Assembly: GCA_951406725.2 (NCBI GenBank)
Contig: OX597814.1
Span: forward strand, 168,578,001-168,642,000
Length of the DNA stretch: 64,000 nucleotides
Direction: 5' to 3'
From: Octopus vulgaris
Taxonomy: Eukaryota
Positions within the stretch are counted from its first letter, which is position 1. Each line of letters opens with the position of its first letter. Below, piece by piece: positions 1 through 12,619 of the stretch. The position numbers and the translations under genes were made by a program. Under the pieces are notes generated by a model, which was given only the letters and a program-made list of their open reading frames with translations, did no database searches and was not told where the DNA came from.

Positions 1-282
1 CAAGTAAAAGAGTAAAGAGTAACATATACAAGGCAAAGAAGTGAAATCTTTTTGAAATCACATCCTATAAATTTTTAAAACTAGCAAAGGGTATGTTTTT
101 ATAGTTCTAGAAATGGTGTATCTGAAAGGTTAGGATTGTCACAGCTGGTGTGTTTTTGCTCACATGTCTACCTGACCAGGGTTGACTGGAGTTCAACAGC
201 AATAAAAAAAAAATATCAATAGTAGTGACAACAACTAAGGAATCTCTATATAGTGGTTTGGTTTGACTTGCTAAGAATAAGA

Positions 283-846
283 GGCAATGGCGAAAGACTG
301 AGATCTCTGGAGATATGCTGTGACTGCAAAGACCCAACAAATAAGGTGAGTTCATAGCTGTTTCCTGCATCAGTTTCGCATAGCCCCAGCCCATCCAAAG
401 AACCTTGGATTGCAGAACAACCTGCTGTACTTACCTTGGATCGTAGAGTGACCTGCTGTGCTTGAGGAGACCTATTGAGTCAAGTACATCAACATCAAAA
501 TAAATATCAAATGGAAATTGTAGTTGTGATATCTGTGCTGGTGGCACGTAAAAAGCACCATCCAAATTGTGGCCGATGCCAGCACCACTTTGACTGGTTT
601 CTGAGCCGGTAGTACATAAAAAGCACCAACCGATTGTGGCCACTGCCATCCTCCCCTGGCACCTGTGCCAGTGGCATGTAAAAAGTACCCACTACACTCA
701 TGGTTGGCATTAGGAAGGGCATCCAGCTGTAGAAACACTGCCAGATCAGACCGGAGCCTGGTGCAGCCTCCTGGCTTCCCAGACCCCGGTCGAACCGTCC
801 AACCCATGTTAGTACGGAAAACGGACGTTAAACGATGATGATGATG
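283..846 (+). mobile_element. RTE-type LINE 3' fragment (ORF end, 3' UTR, (GAT)n tail)
   Basis: Translates AMAKD*DLWRYAVTAKT, like an RTE ORF end. Ends ...ggacgttaaacgatgatgatgatg. The same terminus follows the RT pseudogene at 13610-13768. Confidence 0.7.
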
Positions 847-939
847 AATATCCTAATCACCCCCAAATCACACTCCATCATCGTGAAGACAGAAAGAAAT
901 ATTGAATGATGTGGTCTTAGAGAATGCCTGTGAACATAC

Positions 940-1158
940 CACTGAGGCAGCAACCACAATATCAACAACAATAACAGCAATTGCAACTTCAACAGCAGCT
1001 GTAACAGCAATGTACGACATTAGCAACAGCAGCAACAACATTGACAGAAGCAACTCAAGAAGAATCAGTATCAGCAGTAACAAGAACAATAAAATCCATA
1101 GTATTAATGACAACAAAACAAGAACAACGGCTGCTACTACTATTACTACTACTACTAT

Positions 1159-1227
<69 letters not shown>

Positions 1228-1820
1228 CACCACCACCAACAACAACAACAATACCTATTTCTTTATTACCCACAAGGGGCTAAACATAGAGGGGACAAAC
1301 AAGAACAGACATAGGTATTAAGTCGATTACATCGACCCCAGTGCGGAACTGGTACTTAATTTATCGACCCCGAAAGGATGAAAGGCAAAGTCAACCTCGG
1401 CGGAATTTGAACTCACAACGTAACGACAGACGAAATACCACTAAGCATTTCATCCGGCGTGCTAACGTTTCTGCCAGCTCGCCGCCTTTACAACAACAAC
1501 AACAATACCACCACCACCACCACCACTACTACTACTACAAGTAATAGCAATAGCAGCAGCAGCACCAGTAGTAGTAGCAGTAGTAGTAGCAGTAGTAGTA
1601 GTAGTAGTAGTAGTAGTAGTTGTGCAGCAGCAGCAGCAATAGCAGCAGCTATATATTTATCAATAGCAACAACTTCAAAATCAATAACAGCTGCAACAAC
1701 AATCTACAATATCTACACTACCATCAGCACTACCGCCGCCGCCGCCACCACCGCCACCGCCACCACCACCACCAACAACAACAACAGCAACAACAACATC
1801 AACGGCAGCACTAACACAAA
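940..1820. repeat. Trinucleotide microsatellite and low-complexity field ((ACT)n, (ACC)n, (AAC)n, (AGT)n, (GCA)n) with a nested SINE
   Basis: Directly visible pure and degenerate triplet runs. Confidence 0.9.
1253..1488 (-). mobile_element. tRNA-derived SINE family A (Meta-domain-like), full length
   Basis: Minus strand has head ggcggcgagctggcagaaacgttagc, a B-box-like gagttcaaattcc and central gcctttcatcctttcggggtcgataaattaagtaccag. More than 25 copies in the window. Confidence 0.85.
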
Positions 1821-2482
1821 AGAATGAACATAACACTTCATCAAAGAATAATCATGGATAACAATATATTGATAAAAACAAGCAGCAGTGCGAAGACACA
1901 ATATTGTGAAACTTGGCTTGTGTAATAGTGGAAGAAAAGATACTGGGCAAAAAATAATGTTTTATTTTCAATCAATAACGATGATGACGACGACAACAAC
2001 AACAACAACAACAACAACAGCAATAATAATCCTTTCTGTTATAGGCATAAGGCTTGAAATGTTTGGTAGGAAGTGGACTAGTCAATTGCATTGACCTCAG
2101 TGCTCAACTGGTAAACTATTTTATTGACCTCCAAAAGGACAAAAGGCAAAGACAGCCTCAGAGCATCTGGTACTTATGAAAGGCAAAGTCAACCTTAGTA
2201 GAATTTGAACTCAAAACATAAACATGGTGCATGCATCTTCTAGTCAGCTTGGAATTGCAGCATTGTTTCTAAAAGGTGTGCATCTTGAAGTATGAATGGT
2301 CTTCTTGGATTCATGGTAAATCAGTGACCTTGGACACAAGCAGCAGTAAAGTCATCTATGCTTCAACAGAGAAGCAGGACAGCTGGATTAATGCCACTAA
2401 GCTTTTTGTCCAGCCTTAGCAATAATAATGATTATGATAGTAATAAGTTTTTAATTGTCTCTTCAAATTTACTCACTAAAAT

Positions 2483-2583
2483 TCGAGCAAATCGACCCCA
2501 AGAATAAGTCCTGGGGTCGATTTGCTCGACTAAAGGCAGTGCTCCAGCATGGTCGCAGTCAAATGACTGAAACAAGTGAAAGA
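2483..2583 (+). mobile_element. 5'-truncated SINE family B tail with an 18-bp inverted duplication at its 5' junction
   Basis: tcgagcaaatcgacccca (2483-2500) is the exact reverse complement of 2512-2529. The remainder matches the family B tail. Confidence 0.75.
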
Positions 2584-2926
2584 ATATAATCTATTTCCTG
2601 TACTGCTATGTTACTACTACAACTAAAGGTTTAATTTCTAATTATTCTCTTCAGGATGTACCATGACCAGTTGTTGATGATTGGCTCTGTCCACTGCCAA
2701 TTAACTAAAACATCAGCATGTAGGCTTTGAGTGTTGAGAAAGACTTATTCAGCTTCCAGTAGCTGGATTCTTGCTTTTAGGTCACCTATGCAAATCTTCA
2801 ATTTGTGATCTGTACCTAATGATGTTACAAACAGCTTATATAGATATAATCTGGATGACCTAATGTGATTGCTCCATGACCACACTAGCACATTTGGTCA
2901 AAATCTCTCAGATTGTTGGAAACATT

Positions 2927-3261
2927 TGTAAGCCTAGTACTTATTCTAACAGTCTCTTTTGCCGAACTGCTAAGTTACGGTGACGTAAACATACCAGCAT
3001 CGGTTGTCAAGCGATGCTGGGGGGACAAACACAGACACACAAACATATACACACACGTACATATACATATATACACACATATATACACTTATACATATAT
3101 ACGACAGGCTTCTTTCAGTTTCCATCTACCAAATCCATCCACAAGGCTTTGGTCGGCCCAAGGCTATAGTAGAAGACACTTGCCCAAAGTGCCACACAGT
3201 GGGACTGAACCCGGAACCATGTGGTTGGTAAGCAAGCTACTTACCACACAGCCACTCCTAC
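2927..3261 (-). mobile_element. tRNA-derived SINE family B (CORE-like)
   Basis: Minus strand has head ggagtggctgtgtggtaagtagcttgc, gggttcagtccc, the CORE-like ttgggcaagtgtctt motif and an internal (TA/TG)n tract. Confidence 0.85.
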
Positions 3262-3345
3262 TCTGAATACATTTGCACTTTGTCATATATGTACACTGAC
3301 ATTGCACATCCAGTGAAGCATATTAACTATTTTTCTTTTTTTTTT

Positions 3346-3631
3346 CACCCTTTTCAAGCCTAGCCAGGCTCATGGGCCTGGTTTCCCAGTTTCTGTGGCA
3401 TATGTGTTCCCCCCAGCTGGACGGGACGCCAGTCCATCGCTGCGTTACTCAAGAGTGAGAGAAAGTTGTGGTGAAAGAGTACAACAGGGGTTGCCCCACC
3501 TCCGCCGGAGCCTCGTGGAGCTTTTAGGTGTTTTCGCTCAATAAACACACACAATGCCCGGTCTGGGAATCAAAACCACGATCCTCCGACCGCGAGTCTG
3601 CTGTCATAACCACTGGGCCATTGTGCCTCCA
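3346..3631 (-). mobile_element. tRNA-derived SINE family C (tail type 1)
   Basis: Minus strand head ggaggcacaatggcccagtggtt (A box) and ttgattcccagacc (B box). Homologous to 7269-7572 and 33296-33681. Confidence 0.8.
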
Positions 3632-4769
3632 CATATTAACAATTATTGTATTATAAAATAACTTATTGTGTAAAACTTGAAGGTTTGTTAATGGAAGACT
3701 TAAAGAGTTGTGATAATATAATTCATTCTTTGTATATAACTTACTAATTATTTATTTAATAGTTAGCATAAAGCTGTCTTGTTCTATTTATGACTTTTCT
3801 AAACAATATTTAAAATTTGATTTATCTTTATGATTTACATTGTATTGCAGAATGAAAAAAATGAACAAAACAAGAGTAAACAGTTATGTTTAGTACATCA
3901 AAACAAAATCATGGCTTATATGATGTTCCCTTTAAATAACCACAAACTGCAGCTAAATGTAGCATTTCAGTAAAACGAGACCATGACTAGGTTAAAAATT
4001 TAAAAAGAAAAAGCACTGCTTTGAACTCCAGATACTCCAGTGTCATTCATTTCAAACAGATTATCTAGCTATGGGGAAAATATTACCTTGCTTGGAATAA
4101 AAGATAAAGGTTGGCAACATGAAGTGCATCCCAGCTGTTGAAAAATCTGCCTCAACGAATTACATCCAACCCAGGCAAAAGTGGACTTTAAAAATGATGA
4201 TGGTTATGATGATGGTTATGATGATGGTGATGATGGCGATGATGATGGTGGTGATGGCGATGATGATGGTGATGATGATGATAAAGATGATGCAGATGAT
4301 GATAATAATGATACTAATATACCCACTCCAGCACGCCTTTAAATGCTGTAAAATTAAAAGAAAGCAAATGGCAAATATACTTTTTTAAAAATGATCAAAA
4401 ATCAAAAAAACACAACCAAATACATCAAAAATAAAGCTTAAAATATTATTCTTTCTCTAGAAAATGATAAATATAGCTACTACCACAACTACTACCACTA
4501 CCATCACCACACTTAATAACAACCATTACAAACATATCTTCCATTGATAGAAGAATATAGTTCTCTTTCAAAGAGAAAGAAAGCGTTGAGATTGTTTCCA
4601 CTTTTAATTTTTATTATTTCTAAGTTATTCTTACATTTACATCAGTTTTTATTATTTATTCAAATTATGTTAATCTAGTATCATTTTCACAAAGATTTTG
4701 TTGAATTATTTTAGGATTAATTGTTTTTGTAAATGCCCTTATGATTGATAATAATAAAAAGATAAAAAG

Positions 4770-4942
4770 AATTATTATTATCATTATTATTATTATTATT
4801 ATTATTTTGTTATTCTTATTATTATTATCCTTCTTCTTCTTCTTCTTCTTCTTCTTCTCCTCCTTATTATTGTTATTATTATTCAGTAAACATTCTTCTT
4901 CTTTTTCTTCTTCTTCTTCTTCTTCTTCTTCTTCTTCTTCTT

Positions 4943-4973
<31 letters not shown>

Positions 4974-5053
4974 TTATTATTATTATTATTATTATCATTT
5001 TGTTAGTCTTCTTCTTCTTCTTCTTCTTCTTATTGTTATTATTATTCAGTAAA

Positions 5054-5101
<48 letters not shown>

Positions 5102-5125
5102 TACTATTGTTATTATTATTATTCA
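4770..5125. repeat. (ATT)n/(TCT)n microsatellite array with a recurring ttattcagtaaacatt spacer
   Basis: Directly visible; the spacer occurs three times. Confidence 0.9.
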
Positions 5126-5339
5126 GTAAACATTATTTAGCTATTGAAGTGCAAATATGTTGTGTCAACAACCTGTTTTTTTTTTCATTCTGTTGTTATA
5201 AATGCACACAATTATTGTATACATGTGTTGTGTGTGTGTGAGCATATATAATTACGCTCAGACATATGGATATGTAAGTACATATTAATAAATATACATT
5301 TGTATTATATGTGCTTTTGTTTTCATGCACATGTGCATA

Positions 5340-5503
5340 TGTATGTATAAATATACATACACCCTTACACACACACACACACATATACACGCATATCATA
5401 CATACACACACATTATATATATGTATATGTATATATATATATATGTATATATATATATGTATAAATATATATATATATATATGTATAAATATATATATAT
5501 ATG

Positions 5504-5600
<97 letters not shown>

Positions 5601-5607
5601 CACATAT
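5340..5607. repeat. (TA)n/(CA)n microsatellite
   Basis: Directly visible. Confidence 0.95.
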
Positions 5608-6115
5608 AGGGTGCGGTGAATAAACTGTCATTTAAATCACGCAAAAAAATGAAAATAACACTGACATCTCATTTCAACAGATATATTTATCAAAATTATA
5701 GAAAAATATCTTGAAATAATATTAAAGAGTAAATTTATTCAATAAAATCATCATTGGCTTCAACCATGGCTTCCAGACAACTTCAGAATCTCCTGCAACT
5801 CTTCTGGATGGTCTCCTTGTTTACGTTGGTAAATGCTGCCATAATCCTTGCCTTCAGTTCATCTTTGGAGTTACAAAGAGTGTTGTTGGTCTGTCACTCA
5901 ACTGCACTCCACACATAATAATTAAGGGAGTTGCAGTCTGGGGAGTTAGGTGGCCAGATGTTAGGGGTGATGTGGTCACATAAATTGTCTGACAGCCTGA
6001 CAGACTGGGTTCTCCTGCTTGTGTGGCATGGTGCAGAGTCCTATTACCAGACATAGGATCTTCCAGCAGCCACCATCTTGACCCAGGACCGCATCTTCTC
6101 CTCCGGGCATTTGAT
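5608..6115 (-). pseudogene. Tc1/mariner-superfamily DD37D (maT-like) transposase 3' fragment
   Basis: Minus strand reads YVW**DSAPCH...IWPPNSPDCNSLNYYVW. 38 residues lie between the 2nd and 3rd catalytic positions, including a small duplication. Contains stops. Confidence 0.75.
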
Positions 6116-6159
6116 GTATTGAGTGTGAGGCATCCACGTATGTATGTATATAAAGTTAA

Positions 6160-6362
6160 TCCAAACAAGAAAGCACAAAAAACACAACAACGCGAGGACG
6201 TGGAACAAATATAGTATTATTGGATGCTCAGGAAAGAAGGAAAGAAGGACGGTCTAACGTTTCGAGCGGAGCTCTTCGTCGGAAACATGGGAGAAGGAAA
6301 GATCCAGAGAAGGGAAGACAGAGGAGAAAAAATCGCCAACGGTACACACGAGGTCACATTTT
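6160..6362 (-). mobile_element. Penelope-like pLTR fragment with a minimal hammerhead-like motif
   Basis: Minus strand 6282-6255 reads CCGACGAA-GAGC tcc GCTC-GAAACGTTA. Embedded in TA/TG-rich repeats. A degenerate copy lies at about 56928-56955. Confidence 0.5.
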
Positions 6363-6436
6363 TTTGTATGTATATATATGTATGTATATATACATACATG
6401 TATATATGTATGTATGTATGAATGTATGTATATATA

Positions 6437-6470
<34 letters not shown>

Positions 6471-6494
6471 GATATAGATATATATATATATGTG

Positions 6495-6550
<56 letters not shown>

Positions 6551-6554
6551 TATA

Positions 6555-6705
6555 TGGCTCAGTGATTAAAGTGTCAGGCTCACAATCATGAGGATGTGAG
6601 TTTGATTCCCAGACTGGGCTGTGTGTAATGTTTTTGAATAAGACACTTTATTTCATGTTGTTCTGGTTCACTCAGCTGTAGAAATGAGTTGTGATGTCAC
6701 TGATA
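6555..6705 (+). mobile_element. Degenerate tRNA-derived SINE 5' part
   Basis: ggctcagtgattaaagtg...gtgagtttgattccc A/B-box-like head followed by a CORE-like segment. Confidence 0.6.
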
Positions 6706-7268
6706 CCATATATATATATATAAGTAGAAAAACAGACAAATGTTAAGAAGTTAAAGGAATTTATTTATTTATATGTTGATTGCATATAGAATTGACATGA
6801 TATAATCAAGTCTTATCTTCACAACTGTTCTGAATGATTGGACATATTGCTATAAAATACATATTATGTAAGCAGATGGAATACTGCAATAATATTGAAG
6901 GTATACATAAAAGCAAAGCAAAGTATCAATTAGGACAGAACTTAATCAGTCTGTGCAGCAGATTTGTATCACTCTTTTCAGAAGATGAAAGGTGAATGGA
7001 TTAATAGAGATAGTGTTTATAAATATATATTGAGGGTTTGAACCATATACATAGAAGGATGTAGAAGAGGGTTGTAATGAAAGGTATAGAGGTAGGTAGG
7101 TGATATGGAGAGGAGAAATGCAAGGAGAAGAGGAGTGTATTAGTGAACTGAAGAGAAGTGTAACTATGGAGATAAGGGTATAGTAGAAGGATTGAATGAT
7201 CAAAGGAATGGTGAAGCTAAGGGTGAGTCAGAAATCACATTAATCATACCTGACTTTATTTTTTATGT

Positions 7269-7572
7269 GCCCTTTTCAAGCTTAGCCAGGCTCATGGGCC
7301 CAGTTTCCCGATTTCTATGGCATATGTGTTCCCCCCAGCTGGACGGGACGCCAGTCTATTGCAGTGTTACTCAAGAAACAGGAAGAAAAAGTGAGGGAAA
7401 GTTGTGGTGAAAGAGTACAACAGGGGTCACCACCACCCCCTGCAGGAGCCTCGTGGGGCTTCTTTTAGGTGTTTATGCTCAATAAACACACACAACACCT
7501 GGTCTGGGAATTGAAACCGTGATCCTCCGACTGTGAGTCCGCTGCCCTAACCACTGGGCCATTGCGCCTCCA
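7269..7572 (-). mobile_element. SINE family C (tail type 1)
   Basis: Homologous to 3346-3631 along its length. Confidence 0.8.
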
Positions 7573-8273
7573 CTAATTAGACCAGACTGGGGGTCAGTGT
7601 TGGATACTGATTGAGAGCAATCACCCCCTCAGTCTTTGGAAGTATATGGTTTAGTGGTTAGTTTGTTGGACTCATGATTGTTAGATTGTGGTTTTGATTC
7701 CTGGACTGGGTGATACTTTGTCTTTCTTGTCTTTCACATAACATTTCTAGGGATTCAAGAGCGATTAGCTGGTGGAATCGTTAGTATTGCAGGAAAAATG
7801 TTTATCAGTATTTCATCTGTCTTATGTCCTGAGTTCAAAATCCACCAAGGTTGACTTTTTCTGTCATCCTTTTGAGGTTGATAAAATAAGTACCAGTTGA
7901 GCACTGGGATCAATGTAATCAACTTACTCCTCTCCTGAAATTGACGACCTTGTACCAAATTCGAAGCAAATATCTCTGAGGATACTCAGTAGCATAAATT
8001 ATATGCTATTCAGCTTCCCAGTTACAGTAATCTTGTAATAATGATAGACCAGGAGATGTCATAAGGTATATCTACAGCTTTGAAGTGATGGATGTAAATG
8101 GCTGGGAAGGTAGGAAATTGCTTTTCGAGAAAGAGCTAATATGTGCATGGTAATGATACTTAAAGTCAGCCATTGGTCCATTGTAAATTCTTGTGGAGTT
8201 AGAGTGTGTTGTGTTAACTATACACTTATACACGATGCTGTAGTATAGACAGTAGCTCTTCAAGGGACACTTA

Positions 8274-9589
8274 CGAGGAGGTACCCAAAAGTAACTGGAA
8301 ACGTTCTCTGTGGGACAAGCTACTTGTAGTTCAGGCTTCTGCCACTAGAAGCTGCTTGATGCAACCCTCAGGCATCAATCTGCTGACCAGCATCATTAGG
8401 TGAACTCTTACTGCCACATGGTGCATCTTTGCTTTGCAGTGCTTCTTTCTTCTCTGTTCGTTGATTTTTGCAATGGCTGAAATGAAGGAACAGCATGCTT
8501 CTGTAAAATTCTGTTTCCTGCTAGGAAGAATGGCGGCCAAAACAGCTGTCATGCTTCAAACAACTTACAAGGACGCTGCCATGAGCAAAACACAAATGGT
8601 TTTCATACTTTAGGAATGGTCACTTGTTGCTTGAAGACCAACCTTGTTCAGGGTGGCCATCAATATCCCAAACGAATGAAGACATCATGAAAATTCATGA
8701 ACTGGTCTTGGAGGACCATCGCTGAGCCTTTGATGAACTTGTTGATATGACTGGTGTGTCCTGGAGCTCCTGCCAACGTATTTTGAGTGAGGAATTGTGA
8801 ATGAAAATAATTGCAGCAAAATTTGTGCCTTGCTTGCTTATGGAAGATCAAAAGCAGTCATGACTGAATGTGCATCATGAACTGAAGGAACAGTAGGAAG
8901 TTGATCCATACCTTTTTTCAAAGGTCATCACTGGTGATGTAAACTGGTGCTGTGGTTACGACCTAGAAACGAAGCATCAATCAAGTCAATGAAAGCATTC
9001 ACTGTCACCCCGCACCCTAAAAAACACATCAAGTGAAGTCCAATGTCAAGACAATGCTGATTTGTTTCATCGATGCGAAAGGAATTGTCCACACAGAATT
9101 TGTTCCTTCTGATCAAACTGTTAATCAAACATTTCATTTGGCAGTTCTGAAGTGTTTGTGAGACGTGTGGAGATGAAGACGCTTTGACCTGTGGCAAAGT
9201 GGAGAGTGGTGGTTTCATCACGACAATGCACCAGCATACACTGCCTTAAATGTGAGACTGTTTTTGACCAAAAGTGGCATGAGCTCACTTATGCACCCTC
9301 TCTATTCAACCAATCTTGCTCACTGACATATTTTGTTTTTCCAAATGAAAAATAGTCCTTAAAGGAAAACGCTTCGTAGATTTGGAAGAGGGTGAAGAAA
9401 AAAAATGATGGCGTTAAAAGGCATCACTTTGCAAGAGTTCCAGGACTACTTTGAACAGTGGAAAATGCATCCAAACCAATGCATTGCTTGAAATGGCGAA
9501 TACATTGAAGGCAATGAAAATGTAAACATGTAAAATTAAGTGACTAAAATGATATTACAAAATTCTGGTTACTTTTGGGTACCCCCTCA
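8274..9589 (+). mobile_element. Mariner DNA transposon with a pseudogenised transposase (ATG at about 8473)
   Basis: About 27-bp TIRs cgaggaggtacccaaaagtaactggaa / ttctggttacttttgggtaccccctca, TA on both sides. Motifs MAEMKEQHASVKFCFLLG, ITGDVNWCCGYDLETK, HHDNAPAY and HPLYSTNLA, with stops and frameshifts. Confidence 0.92.
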
Positions 9590-9615
9590 TAGTTAGTATT
9601 CTAAGATTGCACATC

Positions 9616-9851
9616 ATACCTGTTTCTTTATTACCCACAAGGGGCTAAATATAAAGGGGACAAACAAGGACAGACAAAGGGATTAAGTCGATTACATCAA
9701 CCCCAGTGCGTAACTGGTACTTAATTTATCGACCCCAAAAGGATGAAGGCAAAGTTGACCTTAGTGGAATTTGAACTCAGAATGTAATGGCAGATGAAAT
9801 ATGGCTACGCATTTTGCCTGGCGTGCTACCGGTTCTGCCAGCTCGCTGCCT
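9616..9851 (-). mobile_element. SINE family A with 14-bp TSD
   Basis: taagattgcacatc at 9602-9615 and 9852-9865. Confidence 0.9.
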
Positions 9852-10319
9852 TAAGATTGCACATCTTATCTCAGGTAATGCAAGGCTCATCATTTATTTC
9901 ATTATGATCATTATAAATGATATTATTATCAGTCTCATTATCAATCATATTATTATTGCCATTATCATTAGAAGCACCATAATTATTATTACAGCCACAC
10001 AATTACTATAAACATTGTCATTATTATAATTGCTATTATGATTAAAACTATTGCTACATAAGCCATTACTCTTAGTACTATTATTCATTCTTAACCTAAT
10101 CATTAATGCTCTTTACAATATTGTCCCTTTTATTATGGATGAGTGTAGGAATACCTTTATTAGCAAGGGTTGGTTGACCATGTTTGTTATTATGGGACTG
10201 ATAAATAATATTACTAGCATAGTTATATTATTTATCAGTTAATTATTTATTTATAACATAGTTATACACATATGATAATAATCATTATTCATGTGGGTAC
10301 CTATAACATTATTGTTGCT

Positions 10320-10990
10320 ATTAATATTATGATCACTTCTGGTAACAATTTGTATCATCATTATTATTAAAATTGAAAGGCAGTGAGCTGGCAGAAATGT
10401 TAACATGCCAGGCAAAATGCTTAGCGGCATTTCATCTGTCTACATTCTGAGTTTAAATTCTGGCAAGGTTAACTTTGCCTTTCATCCTTTTGGGGTTGAC
10501 AAATTAAGTACCAGTTGCATACTGTGGTCGATCTAATCAACTGGTCCCCTCCCCCATAATTTTGGGTCTTGTGCCTAGAGTAGAAAATCATTAATATTAT
10601 AATCACTTCTGGTAACAATTTTTATCATTATTATAATTAAAATTGAAAGGCGGCAAGCTAGCAGAAACGTTAGCACACTGGGCGAAATACTTAGTGGTAT
10701 TTTGTCTGTCTTTATGTCCTGAATTCAAATTCCACTGAGGTTGACTTTGCCTTTCATCTTTTCGGAGTTGATAAATTAAGTACCAGTTGTGTACTGGGGT
10801 CGATCTTATTGACTGGTTCCCTCCCCCAAAATTTCGGGCCTTGTACTTAGAGTATAAGAGATTATTATTAAAATTGAGGTAGCAGAATTGTTTGCATACT
10901 GGGAAAATTACTTTGTAACATTTCATCTGTTATTATGTTCTGAGTTCAAATTCCACTAGAGTTGACTTTGCCTTTCATTCTTTCAGGATG
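10320..10990 (+). mobile_element. Three tandem SINE family A copies with a duplicated upstream flank
   Basis: Units start at about 10378, 10648 and 10877. The ~55-bp flank (atcacttctggtaacaattt...attaaaattgaaaggc) is repeated at 10320 and 10590. Confidence 0.8.
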
Positions 10991-12619
10991 AGTTCATTCT
11001 TGATCCATTTTATTCATTCCTGCTGGATCCAGTTGTCGATTACTTTTAGCAGACAATTTTTCCACATTTCCAGTTTAAAGGTAACTCCTTTTTCTTATAC
11101 CATTCTAAGAGGCACTGAACAAAAGTTGGAGGAGATAGAGTAATAATCATGACCAAGTCATTAAAAAAAAAATACAATAGTAACACTCCCGAAAAATGCT
11201 TCAACATTACAACTTATTATTTCTACTCTCTTAAGGTAGTGACCTTTCAAAATCATTGACACATTGGACAAAATGCCTTGTGGCATTTCATCTGACTTGT
11301 TACATTCTAAGATCAAATTCAGCTGGGGTCACTTTTGTCTTTCATCCCTTTGGGTTGATAAAATAAAGTACCACTCAAGCACTGGGGCAAATGTAATTAA
11401 TTTACCTTCTCTCCTCAAAACTGCTGATTCAGTAGCATATCTAAGGAGGGTAAGTGAATGCAGATCACCTTGGACTATGCTTTTTGAGAGAGGGGCACTT
11501 TTGAGTTAGTTATATAAGCATGCATAGATAGCAAATGCAAAGGGCCAGGTGACAGACACAAGGGCTGCTTTGGGCAGTACATTGCCACAGATAGCCTTGT
11601 GCCAATATTAGAAAGAATTATTTCCCCACTTATCTCTTGAAGTCTTTTTATACCTAATTAAAAAAAATTTAAAAAAAAATTTAAGAAAAAAGATAGAACA
11701 AGGGGTTAAATTTATGGCAAGCCAAGACAGCAATGTAATCTGGATTATTATTTGAAGCTGTTTCACTACATTTTCACCTCTACTACTCTTATTTCTCTCT
11801 CCATTCTTTTTCTCTCCATTTATCCCTTTCCTCACAAAAATATAGGGTCTTTGAACTTAATCGAAAGGAAATCAATAATGGAATCACAAAGGTTTGTAAT
11901 GTAATCTGTCATAATTAGTTACATGTAATAGCCATGGTAACAGATTCAAGCCTAAATGATCATAAACAATTTCAATAGTTTTTTTTCTTAATATTAAAGT
12001 AACATTAAAGTAATGTTGGATACACACACTGGTTAATATTCGTTAAATGTTATAACCAAAAATGTTGCTAATAATAAAAATGTAGTTTTGTAATTAAAGG
12101 AAATGGATTTCTCTGGAATTTATTAATGTTTTGCCATTAACCTTTATGAAATATTAATTGTTTATTTTTTGATGTTTTCATTTACAAAGCAGTTTTTTCC
12201 CCCCTCTCTTGTTTGGAACCAGTTTTCCCTTTGTTGTTGTTATGGCGTTAACTCACTTGGTTAACTTTTATAATGCTTTCAGGTTTCATTTTATGACATA
12301 AAAAGTTCTGGTGGCCAAAGTTTATTTTGCATGTTATAATCACTACACCATCTGGACAAAAACTTAAGAACATTGTCAGCATATCATGAATAAACTGCTA
12401 AAATTTTAATGTAAATTATGTACCCGTATACAGTGAGATGTCATTGGTGAGAAGTGTATTTGGAATGATGACAGCATAATTGCAGTTGATATGAAACACA
12501 AGAAAATAAAATTGAAGTGATACTGGTTAATTTCTTAATCCAACTTTAAGAGCATCAAAGCCATTAACTTATAATGATGGATGATATTTAGATTTTTTTA
12601 GAGCATAGTTATTCAACAG

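Noticed and set aside
1341-1544. Recurrent 'RNWYLIYRPRKDERQS' ORFs suggesting a peptide gene family
   Set aside because: Antisense translation of SINE family A
868-1901. Poly-T/V/S/Q/L ORFs resembling mucin-like proteins
   Set aside because: Products of triplet microsatellites, open in several frames on both strands, and interrupted by a SINE
5196-6569. YI/CV-rich ORFs (also 22849-23476 and similar)
   Set aside because: Translations of (TA)n/(TG)n repeats
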